IMG/VR virus record: IMGVR_UViG_3300005201_000009
DNA from: an uncultured virus (IMG/VR IMGVR_UViG_3300005201_000009)
Lineage: Duplodnaviria; Heunggongvirae; Uroviricota; Caudoviricetes
Direction: 5' to 3' (one strand)
DNA length: 64,000 bases
Below are positions 19,180-28,337 of the stretch, one piece after another. Every line of letters begins with the position of its first letter. Position 1 is the stretch's first letter. The translations under genes were made by a program, and so were the position numbers. The notes under the pieces are model-generated. The model made no database searches. It was not told where the DNA came from and saw only the letters and a program-made list of their open reading frames with translations.

Positions 19180-20300
19180 GCGGCGGCATAGACAAAAAAC
19201 CGACCGTACACTTTCACGAAGACAGCAAACTGCACTATCTTGCGGGAAAAGACCGCGTGTTGTTCGAGAACGGGGTGACGATGCCGCGTTTTCAGTTTGA
19301 TCGAACACAAGATAAAAGCGACCCAACTAACATTGTGGGGTACTGCAAAGACGTCTTAGAAGAACAAAATCCCGACAACACCGGCTATGACTGGAAGTAC
19401 GCGTGTAGTACCGGCAAGCTACGCCACAGGAAGGTGCTACCTGATCTCGTGGTCAGCACTAAATCCCAGCGCAAGTTCCGCAAACAGGTGGCCGCCGCAT
19501 CCGCTGTCAAACAAGAAGAACAGAAGAAAAAAGCGCTGCATACATGGGTGTTTTCTTCTGTCTTTCTGGTCATGGCGGTCATGGCCATCGTCGGTGTCGG
19601 CAGCGCGATAATGTCGGCGTATCACACGTCGGCATTTCTCATCCAAGGCGGCAAGCCGACGTGGACGGCGGTTCTGACCGGGACGATGCTTATTTTGTTT
19701 TCCGGCACGGCGTTCACGGCAGCGCGGTATTTCTTACAGGAGAATGGCTGGCAGCGATCGTTCGGGTTTCTGTTTATAATCGCCGGGTTCGCCGTTATCG
19801 CGTACTCAATATTTTCTACGGTTACGGTTAACTTCAATCAGTTTAAATGGGTCGACGACGCGAAAGACGTTGTTGCGGTGGAAGACAGTGAGGCACTGGC
19901 GGCGCACGAGCGGCTGTTAGTCGAAAACAAGGAGGCGCTTAATGCCGTTGAAAGAAGGCTGGGACAGCTACAGGCTGAGGCATACTACTGGCGAGACAAG
20001 TCGTGGCGAAGGTACGACGAGTTTCAGTTACAGATTGTCGCCGCTGTACAGGAGCAAGGCGATTTGGGGCAAAGAAGAATTGCACTTGAATCCTCCCGGC
20101 CGGAGATCGTCGCCCAAGCTGCGGAGTCGCGGGAAACAGTGTACACGTTCTTGGCTCGACTATTAGGGCTGCCCGAAGACACCGCGCGGTTTTTTGTGTA
20201 TATCGTGCCGGCGTGCTTGTATGATGTACTTGCACCGTTCGCGCTGTCGGTGGTGCTTTTACTCGTCGATCGGAGACGAAAAATCATGGAGGATACATGA
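19176..20300 (+). CDS. Multi-pass membrane protein with coiled coil
   Basis: Three TM-like helices, a coiled-coil region and a C-terminal TM. Confidence 0.7.
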   Translation: MSGGIDKKPTVHFHEDSKLHYLAGKDRVLFENGVTMPRFQFDRTQDKSDPTNIVGYCKDVLEEQNPDNTGYDWKYACSTGKLRHRKVLPDLVVSTKSQRKFRKQVAAASAVKQEEQKKKALHTWVFSSVFLVMAVMAIVGVGSAIMSAYHTSAFLIQGGKPTWTAVLTGTMLILFSGTAFTAARYFLQENGWQRSFGFLFIIAGFAVIAYSIFSTVTVNFNQFKWVDDAKDVVAVEDSEALAAHERLLVENKEALNAVERRLGQLQAEAYYWRDKSWRRYDEFQLQIVAAVQEQGDLGQRRIALESSRPEIVAQAAESRETVYTFLARLLGLPEDTARFFVYIVPACLYDVLAPFALSVVLLLVDRRRKIMEDT

Positions 20301-21100
20301 AAATAGGCGACATTATAAAAGGTAAGCCGGAAAGTGATAAAGAATACTATGTTACTAATTCGGCGATGACTCGGGGCGCGATTGTCAGCTTCTCCGACCT
20401 ATATGCGCGTGTGAGGGTCCTTGCGCACACGGGTGGTGTAATAGGCACACATCAGGTTAGGAAGGATCTGCTTGAGTCGCTGTTTGAGGTTGTTGGGCAC
20501 ATAATGCCTTTTGACAGCCTCGAGGTTGCAGCACTACTCCGTGACGGTGATAAGAAAGCAATCTCAGACTACGATTTGAGCGCTGGTAGCCTACGTGATA
20601 GTAATTTGCGCGGCGCAGACTTAAGCGGTCTTAACCTAATCAATGTTGACTTGAGAGGGGCGTGCTTGCAAAATGCTTGCTTACGTAATACCCATTTGAG
20701 TCAGACCAAGTTGGAGTACAGCAATATGGAGTGCGCGGATTTAAGCGGTTCTTTTTTACGCGGTGTCAGCCTGCGCGGTGTCAATTTACGCAAAGCTAAC
20801 TTAAGCTACTGTGTTTTAGTAAACGCAGACTTGCGGGAAGCATTTTTACAGGGTGCTAACATTATTGGCGCTGATATAGACTTTTGCTGTTTGCCGTTAA
20901 GCTGCGGCGGGCTCGAGTGGCACATTGACAAGCACACAGCCCGGCAGCTCGCTTACCACTTCTGTTCTATGCGGTGTGATGAGGTCGAATATATTAAACT
21001 GCGGGATATTATGTTGCCATTTGCTAATCAATTTCATCGCGTGGATGAGTGCGGAGTGTTGGGATCAGTCGAAGAGGTGAATAATGAAAGCACTGGATGA
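20297..21100 (+). CDS. Pentapeptide-repeat protein
   Basis: A(D/N)Lxx repeats; C-terminal 'ADIDFCCLPLSCGGL'. Confidence 0.85.
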   Translation: MKIGDIIKGKPESDKEYYVTNSAMTRGAIVSFSDLYARVRVLAHTGGVIGTHQVRKDLLESLFEVVGHIMPFDSLEVAALLRDGDKKAISDYDLSAGSLRDSNLRGADLSGLNLINVDLRGACLQNACLRNTHLSQTKLEYSNMECADLSGSFLRGVSLRGVNLRKANLSYCVLVNADLREAFLQGANIIGADIDFCCLPLSCGGLEWHIDKHTARQLAYHFCSMRCDEVEYIKLRDIMLPFANQFHRVDECGVLGSVEEVNNESTG

Positions 21101-21231
21101 TCTACTTGAAAAACTAAGTAACCTCTACTTCCCTATTTACGTAAAGGGTAAGGAGTACCCAGACAATAATCCATAGTGAAGAAAACAACGGACATTTAGC
21201 GGGCGAATAATAAGAATAGATAAAGCTCCAC

Positions 21232-21699
21232 TCATTTATTCCACGGCTGCGTTATTAGTACTACCATCCCTGCGGTAGCCAGCAAACACGCGCTCAATGT
21301 TATCGATGTAGTCCGATAAAACATCAACTTCCTGTTCAAGGAGTTGTAGTAGGTCGCCTGATCGTCTATTAGATTTCCGAAGTTCTCTACGAGTAACAAT
21401 TGCCTCTGTTGTGAGTTCATAGATTCGGCTAAGCCGTTCATTATTTGCTCGTTGCTCTTTTTCAAATTCAGGATATACTCTGCCTGCCTCTGTTGTGAGT
21501 TCATGGATTCGATCAAGTCGTTCATTATTTGCTCGTTGTTCGTTTCCAAGCTCTGTATATACTCGGCTGATCTCTGTTGCTCTTCCTTCAACTCTGAGAT
21601 TATTTCGCGTATTGGCTGCACCGCATTGGTAGGCTCCAAAGCAAACACTGAGAATGAGAAGCACGATAATACCAGCAGCGATAAAAGTTTTCGTAACAT
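21232..21699 (-). CDS. Putative spanin-like protein B (signal peptide, coiled coil, C-terminal TM)
   Basis: MLRKLLSLLVLSCFSFSVFA signal; heptad repeats; hydrophobic C-terminus; overlaps 21236-21703 in another frame. Confidence 0.5.
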   Translation of the reverse strand: MLRKLLSLLVLSCFSFSVFALEPTNAVQPIREIISELKEEQQRSAEYIQSLETNNEQIMNDLIESMNSQQRQAEYILNLKKSNEQIMNGLAESMNSQQRQLLLVENFGNLIDDQATYYNSLNRKLMFYRTTSITLSACLLATAGMVVLITQPWNK

Positions 21700-21703
21700 T
21701 CAT
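21236..21703 (-). CDS. Putative i-spanin (Rz-like)
   Basis: N-terminal TM followed by coiled coil; ATGA overlap with the endolysin; AGGAGG RBS. Confidence 0.6.
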   Translation of the reverse strand: MNVTKTFIAAGIIVLLILSVCFGAYQCGAANTRNNLRVEGRATEISRVYTELGNEQRANNERLDRIHELTTEAGRVYPEFEKEQRANNERLSRIYELTTEAIVTRRELRKSNRRSGDLLQLLEQEVDVLSDYIDNIERVFAGYRRDGSTNNAAVE

Positions 21704-22152
21704 TTTTCCTCCTTCTTAACTAGCCAGCCTAAAAGCCGATCGTAGCTCCAATATCCTATATGCGCACCCTTCTGCAGGGCACCTTTTTTCAACGCTTTCT
21801 CATTAGCAATACCGTCTTGTTCAAACACGACAATTTTTTCGTTGCCTGTCTCAAGGCAGATCGCGATATGCCCAAACCTATTTGTGCCAGACGGCTTAAA
21901 GATTACCAGTGAACCGACAGGTGGTTGTACCGTGCCGGTATACGGGACACACCAGCAAAGCTTCTTCTGTACAGAACGCCCATTATGTAAAAAGATGAAA
22001 TCCACCGCACCTACAACCGGCTCCGGCTGCTGTGTAAATTTCCATACGTCCTTCATATACTGGCGTGCCAAATCGACACACTGTGCACCGTAAGCCTTAT
22101 CAAAGTCAACTGGAACATCTTTATATCTGTCGACGAATTCTTGAAGATTCAT
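21700..22152 (-). CDS. CHAP-domain endolysin
   Basis: 'DFDKAYGAQCVDLARQY', 'GHIAI', 'FEQD'. Confidence 0.85.
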   Translation of the reverse strand: MNLQEFVDRYKDVPVDFDKAYGAQCVDLARQYMKDVWKFTQQPEPVVGAVDFIFLHNGRSVQKKLCWCVPYTGTVQPPVGSLVIFKPSGTNRFGHIAICLETGNEKIVVFEQDGIANEKALKKGALQKGAHIGYWSYDRLLGWLVKKEEK

Positions 22153-22163
22153 ACATGTCTCCT

Positions 22164-22616
22164 CTACACAACACCGGCAAGGCTTATTTTGAAAGATAGG
22201 TTTTCTTTGCCTCCATTTTTTACTGTGAATGCCTCTACCTTGACGCCCGAGCCTTCCTCTGCCACAGCCTTCTGTACTTGCTGCATTATGAGCGGAACCG
22301 GCACTTCGCCTATAACAGCCTCCGCCCACTGAATACCGTCTTTAGGTTCGGTTGGGTCACCGCCACGCTGTTTCATCATAGCAAACATAGAACGGTCAAG
22401 CATTTCTGAACGGCTATCGTTGAGCACTCTGACATCAACGATATAGTTCTTTCTGTCTTGTATCGGAATTTTGCCGGCAGCGCTGTAAATTTCCTGGTGG
22501 GTAAACTGTTCATCATCTCCAAAAACAGGAAATAGATCGCAAATGTTGTCTAGTAACACTTCTGCCAGACCGCCTTTATACACCCGCTTTTCTTTTCTGC
22601 TTACTATAAAGTCCAT
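22164..22616 (-). CDS. Putative baseplate wedge / sheath-initiator-like protein
   Basis: End of the tail module; 'DGIQWAE' motif. Confidence 0.4.
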   Translation of the reverse strand: MDFIVSRKEKRVYKGGLAEVLLDNICDLFPVFGDDEQFTHQEIYSAAGKIPIQDRKNYIVDVRVLNDSRSEMLDRSMFAMMKQRGGDPTEPKDGIQWAEAVIGEVPVPLIMQQVQKAVAEEGSGVKVEAFTVKNGGKENLSFKISLAGVV

Positions 22617-22617
22617 G

Positions 22618-23199
22618 CTATTCCTCCGGCCACTTAACCTCAAGCGGCCACCCCGGCTGTTGCTTTACAGCCAGTAATGCGGCCATCTTTGCCCGGCGCT
22701 CGGCTGCGTAGGCATCGTCAATCTCTGCCTGCGCAACAGCCTCCGGCGTCTGCAACTCCGAAAGCCTTCGCTGCAATTCGGCGGTATTTACTGCAGCCGT
22801 GCGCTGGTCAAGCTCAGCCTGCGTTACCAGCCCGGCCGCTACCTGTTCTTCCAGCGTCATGGGGACTATTTCCCCGTTGGTAACTTTGTACCCCAGCGGC
22901 GGAGCGTCCACTCCCACAAGGATGCGTTCTGTCTGCGTCATTTTGCGCAGCTCATCCCCCTCCCGCACGTAGCCCTCCGGCATGGGAATTATCCCCTCGT
23001 CGATAAGTTGCACGTTGCTTTTTCGTACCCAATTTTCATCGTAAAAATCAACGTGATCAGAGATCGTTACTTTTGTGCCTTTTGGTACTTCCACCCGTTC
23101 ATGACCGTAAAATTCAGTCCCGTAAAAATCGCAGTTAATATCCCCTGCATGTGATCCCGTGATGACACCGTTTAGCGTTGTAATGAAATAGACTACCAT
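22618..23199 (-). CDS. Tail fibre assembly-like protein
   Basis: Follows the tail fibre; C-terminus 'QQPGWPLEVKWPE'. Confidence 0.65.
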   Translation of the reverse strand: MVVYFITTLNGVITGSHAGDINCDFYGTEFYGHERVEVPKGTKVTISDHVDFYDENWVRKSNVQLIDEGIIPMPEGYVREGDELRKMTQTERILVGVDAPPLGYKVTNGEIVPMTLEEQVAAGLVTQAELDQRTAAVNTAELQRRLSELQTPEAVAQAEIDDAYAAERRAKMAALLAVKQQPGWPLEVKWPEE

Positions 23200-23233
23200 T
23201 TTAATTCCTCCAAAATTAATTTTTTACCGCGCT

Positions 23234-25579
23234 TTATAGCGCGGTTTTTCTCCACATGTAGCATGTAATGTAAGGCGGCATGTTGTTATGTGCTTCCGCC
23301 GACCCTGTCGCGCCATTCGTCGGCCCTCCGGTTTCGCCTGTATTGCCGCCGCCTACCCCGACATAAAGCCCAACCGTGCCACCATACAGCTGGGCGGCGG
23401 CAAACGTCAAACTCCCGTGCGCATGTTTTGGCATCTGCTCCACCGTCAATGTATGCGTCTCACTGCCTCCTGGCGTGTTCACGACAGTAAATGTTCCAGA
23501 GGTATTCATGCCGACGGGAACCCTGCCCTGGCCCCATTCAGTCCATGTTCCCCCACGGAAATTTGTGGGGTTTTCGGAATCGATGGACATATAGATTGTG
23601 CCGACCTTGTCCCGTGCGGCCATGGCAGCCTTTACAAAGGCGGTCGTCGCGATCTGTGTATTATTGGTAGACGTGGCAGCTGTCGGCGCGGTGGGAGTGC
23701 CGGTGAGCGCGGGGCTGGCGAGGGGGGCTTTTTTATTTAACGCATCTTCTACTATGATATTGTTAGCACCAAAATCATTAATATTATGTCTGCTGCTATT
23801 GTCGCTAATATTTGCATATATATTTCCTGCTATATAATTTCTGCTACCTCCCATGAAAATGCCGTAGCTAGCGGCGTTAATACTCCTATTTCGCATAGTA
23901 TTACCTACTATAGTATTATCGCTGCCGTAACAGAATATTCCGCAACCATAGTTGTTGCTGCCGCTATTGCTGTTCAATAATAAATTTCCGATTATTATAT
24001 TATAGTAGCTACTTGAATGTACGCAAATACCACTACTTACGTTAGAACTTGTAGGACTGCACATGTTCGCTAATACATTATGCGTGATAATATTATTATT
24101 ACATCCGTCACCAATTAAAACACCAGGAATATTTTGCCCGTTGCAGATGCACTTACACGTGTTTTCTGATATGACATTATTACTGCTATCTTTAAGCCAA
24201 ATTCCTGCGCATAGAGTGTTATTTGCGTTTGCGCTATTCAATAACTGATTACTGTTTACAGTGCTATTATCGCAATCATGAATATAGATACCCACAAATA
24301 CGTTAACATTGGACGGATTTGATATTGTAAGCCCTTTTATCGTGCAGTGTGTACCTGTACACTCCACAGCACCCTGCGACAGAGTGTTAACTGATACATT
24401 CAATACCGTTGCATTCTTTATACCTTCAAGCGTTACGTTATCTTTATGCACGACAATACGATTACTTAAGTTATACGTTCCTTCCCGTATAACAATTTTT
24501 CCCCCGATTACAGGAAGTGCGGCGATAGCGGCGTTTATCTCCTCACCATCATTAACGCCATCACATAAATAATCGACTTCACCTTGTGTATGCCCCGCAG
24601 CGGACGTGCCGATTACCAATGTGACAGGTTTTACTCCGCTGCCACCAAGATTCTGCGCGTTTACCCCGCTATCCAACAGATTACCCTGAGAGTCAAGTGC
24701 GGCGAAGTTGCCATTGACTGCCCCCGGTACTTTGTCGGCTTTGGCGGTAATAGCGGTCCTTATTGTCGGATGCGCGATAATACTGCTGTCATGATTATCA
24801 ATGCTGTCCGCCAGCTCTGTTTCGTTAACATAATCATTATTATCGTTGTATATTGACCACGCAGGCTGTCCTGCGATGCGTTGGAAATCTGCCTGTTCTT
24901 CTCTTACGCGACATAAACATGTCTTTAGCAGATCTGTTGTTGCATACAATTCATTCAGCTCATTAAAGGTATCAACCGCAGGCAGCCATTTTTGTGATGC
25001 GGCCACAGTACTGACAATCTGTGTATCGGTATAATCTTTTGCATCTCTAAGCGCTTGGACAGCGGTACTTTCCGGTACCAGTTCCCATTCTGTCTGCCCA
25101 GGTGCTGCAGGTGAAATGTTGACTATTTTAACAGGGTTATTACCTACTCGTCTAAAGACTGTCTTTACACGCACCTCTTCCGCGTCGAGGTGCAATATGT
25201 AGCACCAATCTCCCTGTCGATATTCTGCGGTAGGATAATATTCAAAGCAGTTGTGTGCAAAAGAAGCGGCAAGGTACCCTATAAGTTTATGTACAATTTG
25301 TACCAGCTTATTAAGATTATACGAGGATCGGCCAATAAAATGATTCCACGCCCTGCGAGATATTGACGCGCCTTGAGTTAAAACACCTCTCTGCAGCACA
25401 GTGTTATTATAATCTGTACACGTTTCTTTAGGGATATTATTATCAGCATCTACATTAAAAACCTCTACACCGTTGGCATCGTCGTTGTTAAAAGCATCAT
25501 CTGTGTACGCAAAGCGCGCAAGCGGATTGTCTATCAAGCCGGTCACGGTATCCTTTAGATTCTTTAAGTAACTCTGCAT
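23234..25579 (-). CDS. Tail fibre/spike with right-handed beta-helix domain
   Basis: Asn-rich parallel beta-helix repeats; 'LASPALTGTPTAPT...TQIATTAFV'; C-terminal collar-like 'VGTIYMS...GRVPVG...HNNMPPY'. Confidence 0.85.
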   Translation of the reverse strand: MQSYLKNLKDTVTGLIDNPLARFAYTDDAFNNDDANGVEVFNVDADNNIPKETCTDYNNTVLQRGVLTQGASISRRAWNHFIGRSSYNLNKLVQIVHKLIGYLAASFAHNCFEYYPTAEYRQGDWCYILHLDAEEVRVKTVFRRVGNNPVKIVNISPAAPGQTEWELVPESTAVQALRDAKDYTDTQIVSTVAASQKWLPAVDTFNELNELYATTDLLKTCLCRVREEQADFQRIAGQPAWSIYNDNNDYVNETELADSIDNHDSSIIAHPTIRTAITAKADKVPGAVNGNFAALDSQGNLLDSGVNAQNLGGSGVKPVTLVIGTSAAGHTQGEVDYLCDGVNDGEEINAAIAALPVIGGKIVIREGTYNLSNRIVVHKDNVTLEGIKNATVLNVSVNTLSQGAVECTGTHCTIKGLTISNPSNVNVFVGIYIHDCDNSTVNSNQLLNSANANNTLCAGIWLKDSSNNVISENTCKCICNGQNIPGVLIGDGCNNNIITHNVLANMCSPTSSNVSSGICVHSSSYYNIIIGNLLLNSNSGSNNYGCGIFCYGSDNTIVGNTMRNRSINAASYGIFMGGSRNYIAGNIYANISDNSSRHNINDFGANNIIVEDALNKKAPLASPALTGTPTAPTAATSTNNTQIATTAFVKAAMAARDKVGTIYMSIDSENPTNFRGGTWTEWGQGRVPVGMNTSGTFTVVNTPGGSETHTLTVEQMPKHAHGSLTFAAAQLYGGTVGLYVGVGGGNTGETGGPTNGATGSAEAHNNMPPYITCYMWRKTAL

Positions 25580-25593
25580 AAATATAATACCTC

Positions 25594-26454
25594 CTAGTCT
25601 CCATACTCTATTGGAACGAATAATTTAAACTGCTGTGCGCATATATAAAACCACATGTTAAGACGACTAATGGCGTTTGAAATATTGATGTTATTATTGG
25701 TACGGTAGTAGACAAAGTAAAATCTTCCCTGCGGAACGATGTTTATGTCGTGTATATATCCTGCGCCCAAGCTACGCGTTATGTCCATAAAATTGGCAGC
25801 TGTCGGACCGTTATACCTAACACGTTGAATACATTCAAAAAGCGATTTAAATAGTTCGGCAGGAAGAAAAATATCGCCAAAGAACGTCTCTTCAAACGTT
25901 AAAAACCTTTTACCGTAGTATGTGGTATACGGTGTCCCGTCGGTAGGTGGATTGTCTAGTAAATTTTCATTAATGACATCACCGTCTTGTGTAAACAACT
26001 CTGTCCCGTAAGGCAGGTAGCCTACCGGCTCAGTATCTTTAGGCACAAGGCTCATGCGCCGTTCTTCTGAAGCGTCGTTGACAATGTCGTCTGGATAGTC
26101 GTCGTATTCTTCACGCACAAATCGAATATTCTCATTATACATATCTAACAGTCCGCGCTCACTGCGTTCTTCACCATTGACAACATGACTATGCGTAAAC
26201 AATATTGAACCGAGGGTTTTATATCCATAAGATAGCGGCCAAAACAAACCAGCTATTTTAGCGATGCTTATAAGGTCTTTTTCCCGAATCGGCATCTCTT
26301 TTGCATTTACTTCGTCGTCAGACTTCCACTGTGCTAATGTCTGATACACTAGCTCATCAAGAATGCCTTGTACCGCATGATTCGGGCATGTGACCAGGTT
26401 GTATAAATATTTGCCGTTGAACTCTGCTCGAAAATAACGAAAAGGCTGTTTCAT
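25594..26454 (-). CDS. Putative baseplate protein
   Basis: Between the baseplate-J-like gene and the tail fibre. Confidence 0.5.
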   Translation of the reverse strand: MKQPFRYFRAEFNGKYLYNLVTCPNHAVQGILDELVYQTLAQWKSDDEVNAKEMPIREKDLISIAKIAGLFWPLSYGYKTLGSILFTHSHVVNGEERSERGLLDMYNENIRFVREEYDDYPDDIVNDASEERRMSLVPKDTEPVGYLPYGTELFTQDGDVINENLLDNPPTDGTPYTTYYGKRFLTFEETFFGDIFLPAELFKSLFECIQRVRYNGPTAANFMDITRSLGAGYIHDINIVPQGRFYFVYYRTNNNINISNAISRLNMWFYICAQQFKLFVPIEYGD

Positions 26455-27647
26455 ACCACACCGCCTATGTCTGTTGAGCTAAATGTGATGTTGGTTAAAC
26501 GCGGCAATCGTGTCTTAGGGATACGCACATACGATACTTCACTATCACTGCTGTCAAGAATGTCTATATTAAGAATACTAACGTCCGGTAAATTTAACTT
26601 TTCAATGACTTTATACGCCTCTTTTTCGCCAAATATGTCTAAACGTGTAACCACATTTCTGTACGGTCTAAACAGCTCTTCAATACTATTTTCTATCTGT
26701 GCCGGTTTCAATTTGCCGGAGTTGTATTGATAATCTATTGTAAGTGAGAAATCGACATAGTCGTGGAATCGATAGTATACCGGACGACGCCCGTTTATGT
26801 ATAGGTCATTGTGGTACCAGACTACACAATCCGGCGTAACCTGATGCGTGTCATATATAACGCTTTCGCAAACAACTTTGGCCATCTCGTCTGTTGGAAT
26901 ACCGGTAATGGTTATCAATAGTTCTTTTGGAGCGAGTGCTATACCATCGTATGTTTGTGACACAGTATCCTCATTAAAAATTAAATCGCATTCAAAAATA
27001 TTTGGCAGGTTACGTATTTTTAATTCTAACCCTTTAACATGGTCTTGACGTGTAACATCATTTAATATGCGAGATCTGAAATCAGTTGCAGATTCATCGT
27101 CATAGCCAAGCTGTTTTAAATTATCTTCACATGAAAACTCGAATGCTTCATCAATAGGCGCTTTATCAGAACGAAAAAGTTCTATTTTCCTGTGGCCACT
27201 TACCGGAAAAGCACCTTTTACCTGAGAGACAGCATTAATAATACCCGACTCGCCTGAAGCAAACTCACGACCACATATCATTTCAAAAGAAAAAATTATA
27301 CCACTTGCGGATTGGTAGTTATATGTACCAGCGAGAAGTGTCCTCGCCTCAGTGCTTTTATTAAGAATATTTATGCTTAGCATGCTGCCAGTACCTTTTT
27401 TAAATTCGGTTCCTACAAGTTTTGCTACTGAATAAAGATCAAGGTCGTCACAAAGCAATGGATCAAATCGATTCCGTAACGCAAGGGCAGTATCGGTAAG
27501 TCCAACCATCCCTGCAGCAAAAGAACGAAGCACAAGGTATATTTTATTATTGTGGTTACGCCAGATTTTTTGTGGAGCTATAAGGCTATCGTATGTGTCC
27601 GCCAATTCAGATGTTACTTCATCAACACTCTTACTTTCTAACGCCAT
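26451..27647 (-). CDS. Baseplate J-like protein
   Basis: 'LG.DDESATDFRSRI' motif; size and position. Confidence 0.7.
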   Translation of the reverse strand: MALESKSVDEVTSELADTYDSLIAPQKIWRNHNNKIYLVLRSFAAGMVGLTDTALALRNRFDPLLCDDLDLYSVAKLVGTEFKKGTGSMLSINILNKSTEARTLLAGTYNYQSASGIIFSFEMICGREFASGESGIINAVSQVKGAFPVSGHRKIELFRSDKAPIDEAFEFSCEDNLKQLGYDDESATDFRSRILNDVTRQDHVKGLELKIRNLPNIFECDLIFNEDTVSQTYDGIALAPKELLITITGIPTDEMAKVVCESVIYDTHQVTPDCVVWYHNDLYINGRRPVYYRFHDYVDFSLTIDYQYNSGKLKPAQIENSIEELFRPYRNVVTRLDIFGEKEAYKVIEKLNLPDVSILNIDILDSSDSEVSYVRIPKTRLPRLTNITFSSTDIGGVV

Positions 27648-27672
27648 TCCAGCACTCCTACAAACAATGTCC

Positions 27673-27708
27673 CACCGTACCACGAAATTTCAAAAAGTCA
27701 AGGGTTTT
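27673..27708 (-). promoter_or_regulatory. Conserved late-module promoter, copy 1 of 5
   Basis: AAAACCCTTGACTTTTTGAAATTTCGTGGTACGGTG. Confidence 0.7.
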
Positions 27709-27734
27709 AAACACGATTTTTTACTTTTACCCGG

Positions 27735-28337
27735 TCATGCCCACACCCCAGCTCCTACCGAACCGGATAGTGCCGCCTCCCCCTGCGTCGTCGCGGCACC
27801 CACTCTTAAGTAAGCATCGACGGCTGTCGCCATTTGGGCAGCCATGTATTCATCACCACCTTCAGTCATAGTGACCATAGCCTGAAAAGCAGAAAAAAAA
27901 GCGGTCTGCAGTGGGAGAGAGACACAGGTTAGGGCCCCCGTCGCTGTGCCGGAGAGCGGTGATGGGACGCCTATGGGGCTTGTTACGGTACCGGACACGT
28001 CGCAAACTACCTCCCCTGTCGACACCATGCTGTGGATAGCCGCAGCGAGTTCCGCTGCAAGGTAGGCATCTCCACCAGCTGTCATGGCATTCATAGCGGT
28101 GCAGGCTTCCACAATGTCTCGGGTGCACGGCTCGTCATCACAAGGTATACTACCGGTACCCGCCCCGGTGAAAGCACCCGCAGGCACCGTCCCTACATCT
28201 GTTGTTGTTATGACACCGCTTTCCGCATAGGCTTTACACGCTGCTACGACCATATCTGCAAAAACCTGATTATCACCGTCGGCCATGGCCTGAAACGCCG
28301 CAAGAAGATCTCCCTGCAAAGTTGAAACCGCTGCCAT
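27735..28337 (-). CDS. Hypothetical virion protein with three internal helical repeats
   Basis: Repeated 'AFQAM..GGD.Y.A...A.A...Y'. Confidence 0.6.
   Translation of the reverse strand: MAAVSTLQGDLLAAFQAMADGDNQVFADMVVAACKAYAESGVITTTDVGTVPAGAFTGAGTGSIPCDDEPCTRDIVEACTAMNAMTAGGDAYLAAELAAAIHSMVSTGEVVCDVSGTVTSPIGVPSPLSGTATGALTCVSLPLQTAFFSAFQAMVTMTEGGDEYMAAQMATAVDAYLRVGAATTQGEAALSGSVGAGVWA

Noticed and set aside
23234..25579. Diversity-generating retroelement or shufflon acting on the tail fibre
   Set aside because: No reverse transcriptase, invertase or template/variable repeat pair is seen in the window.
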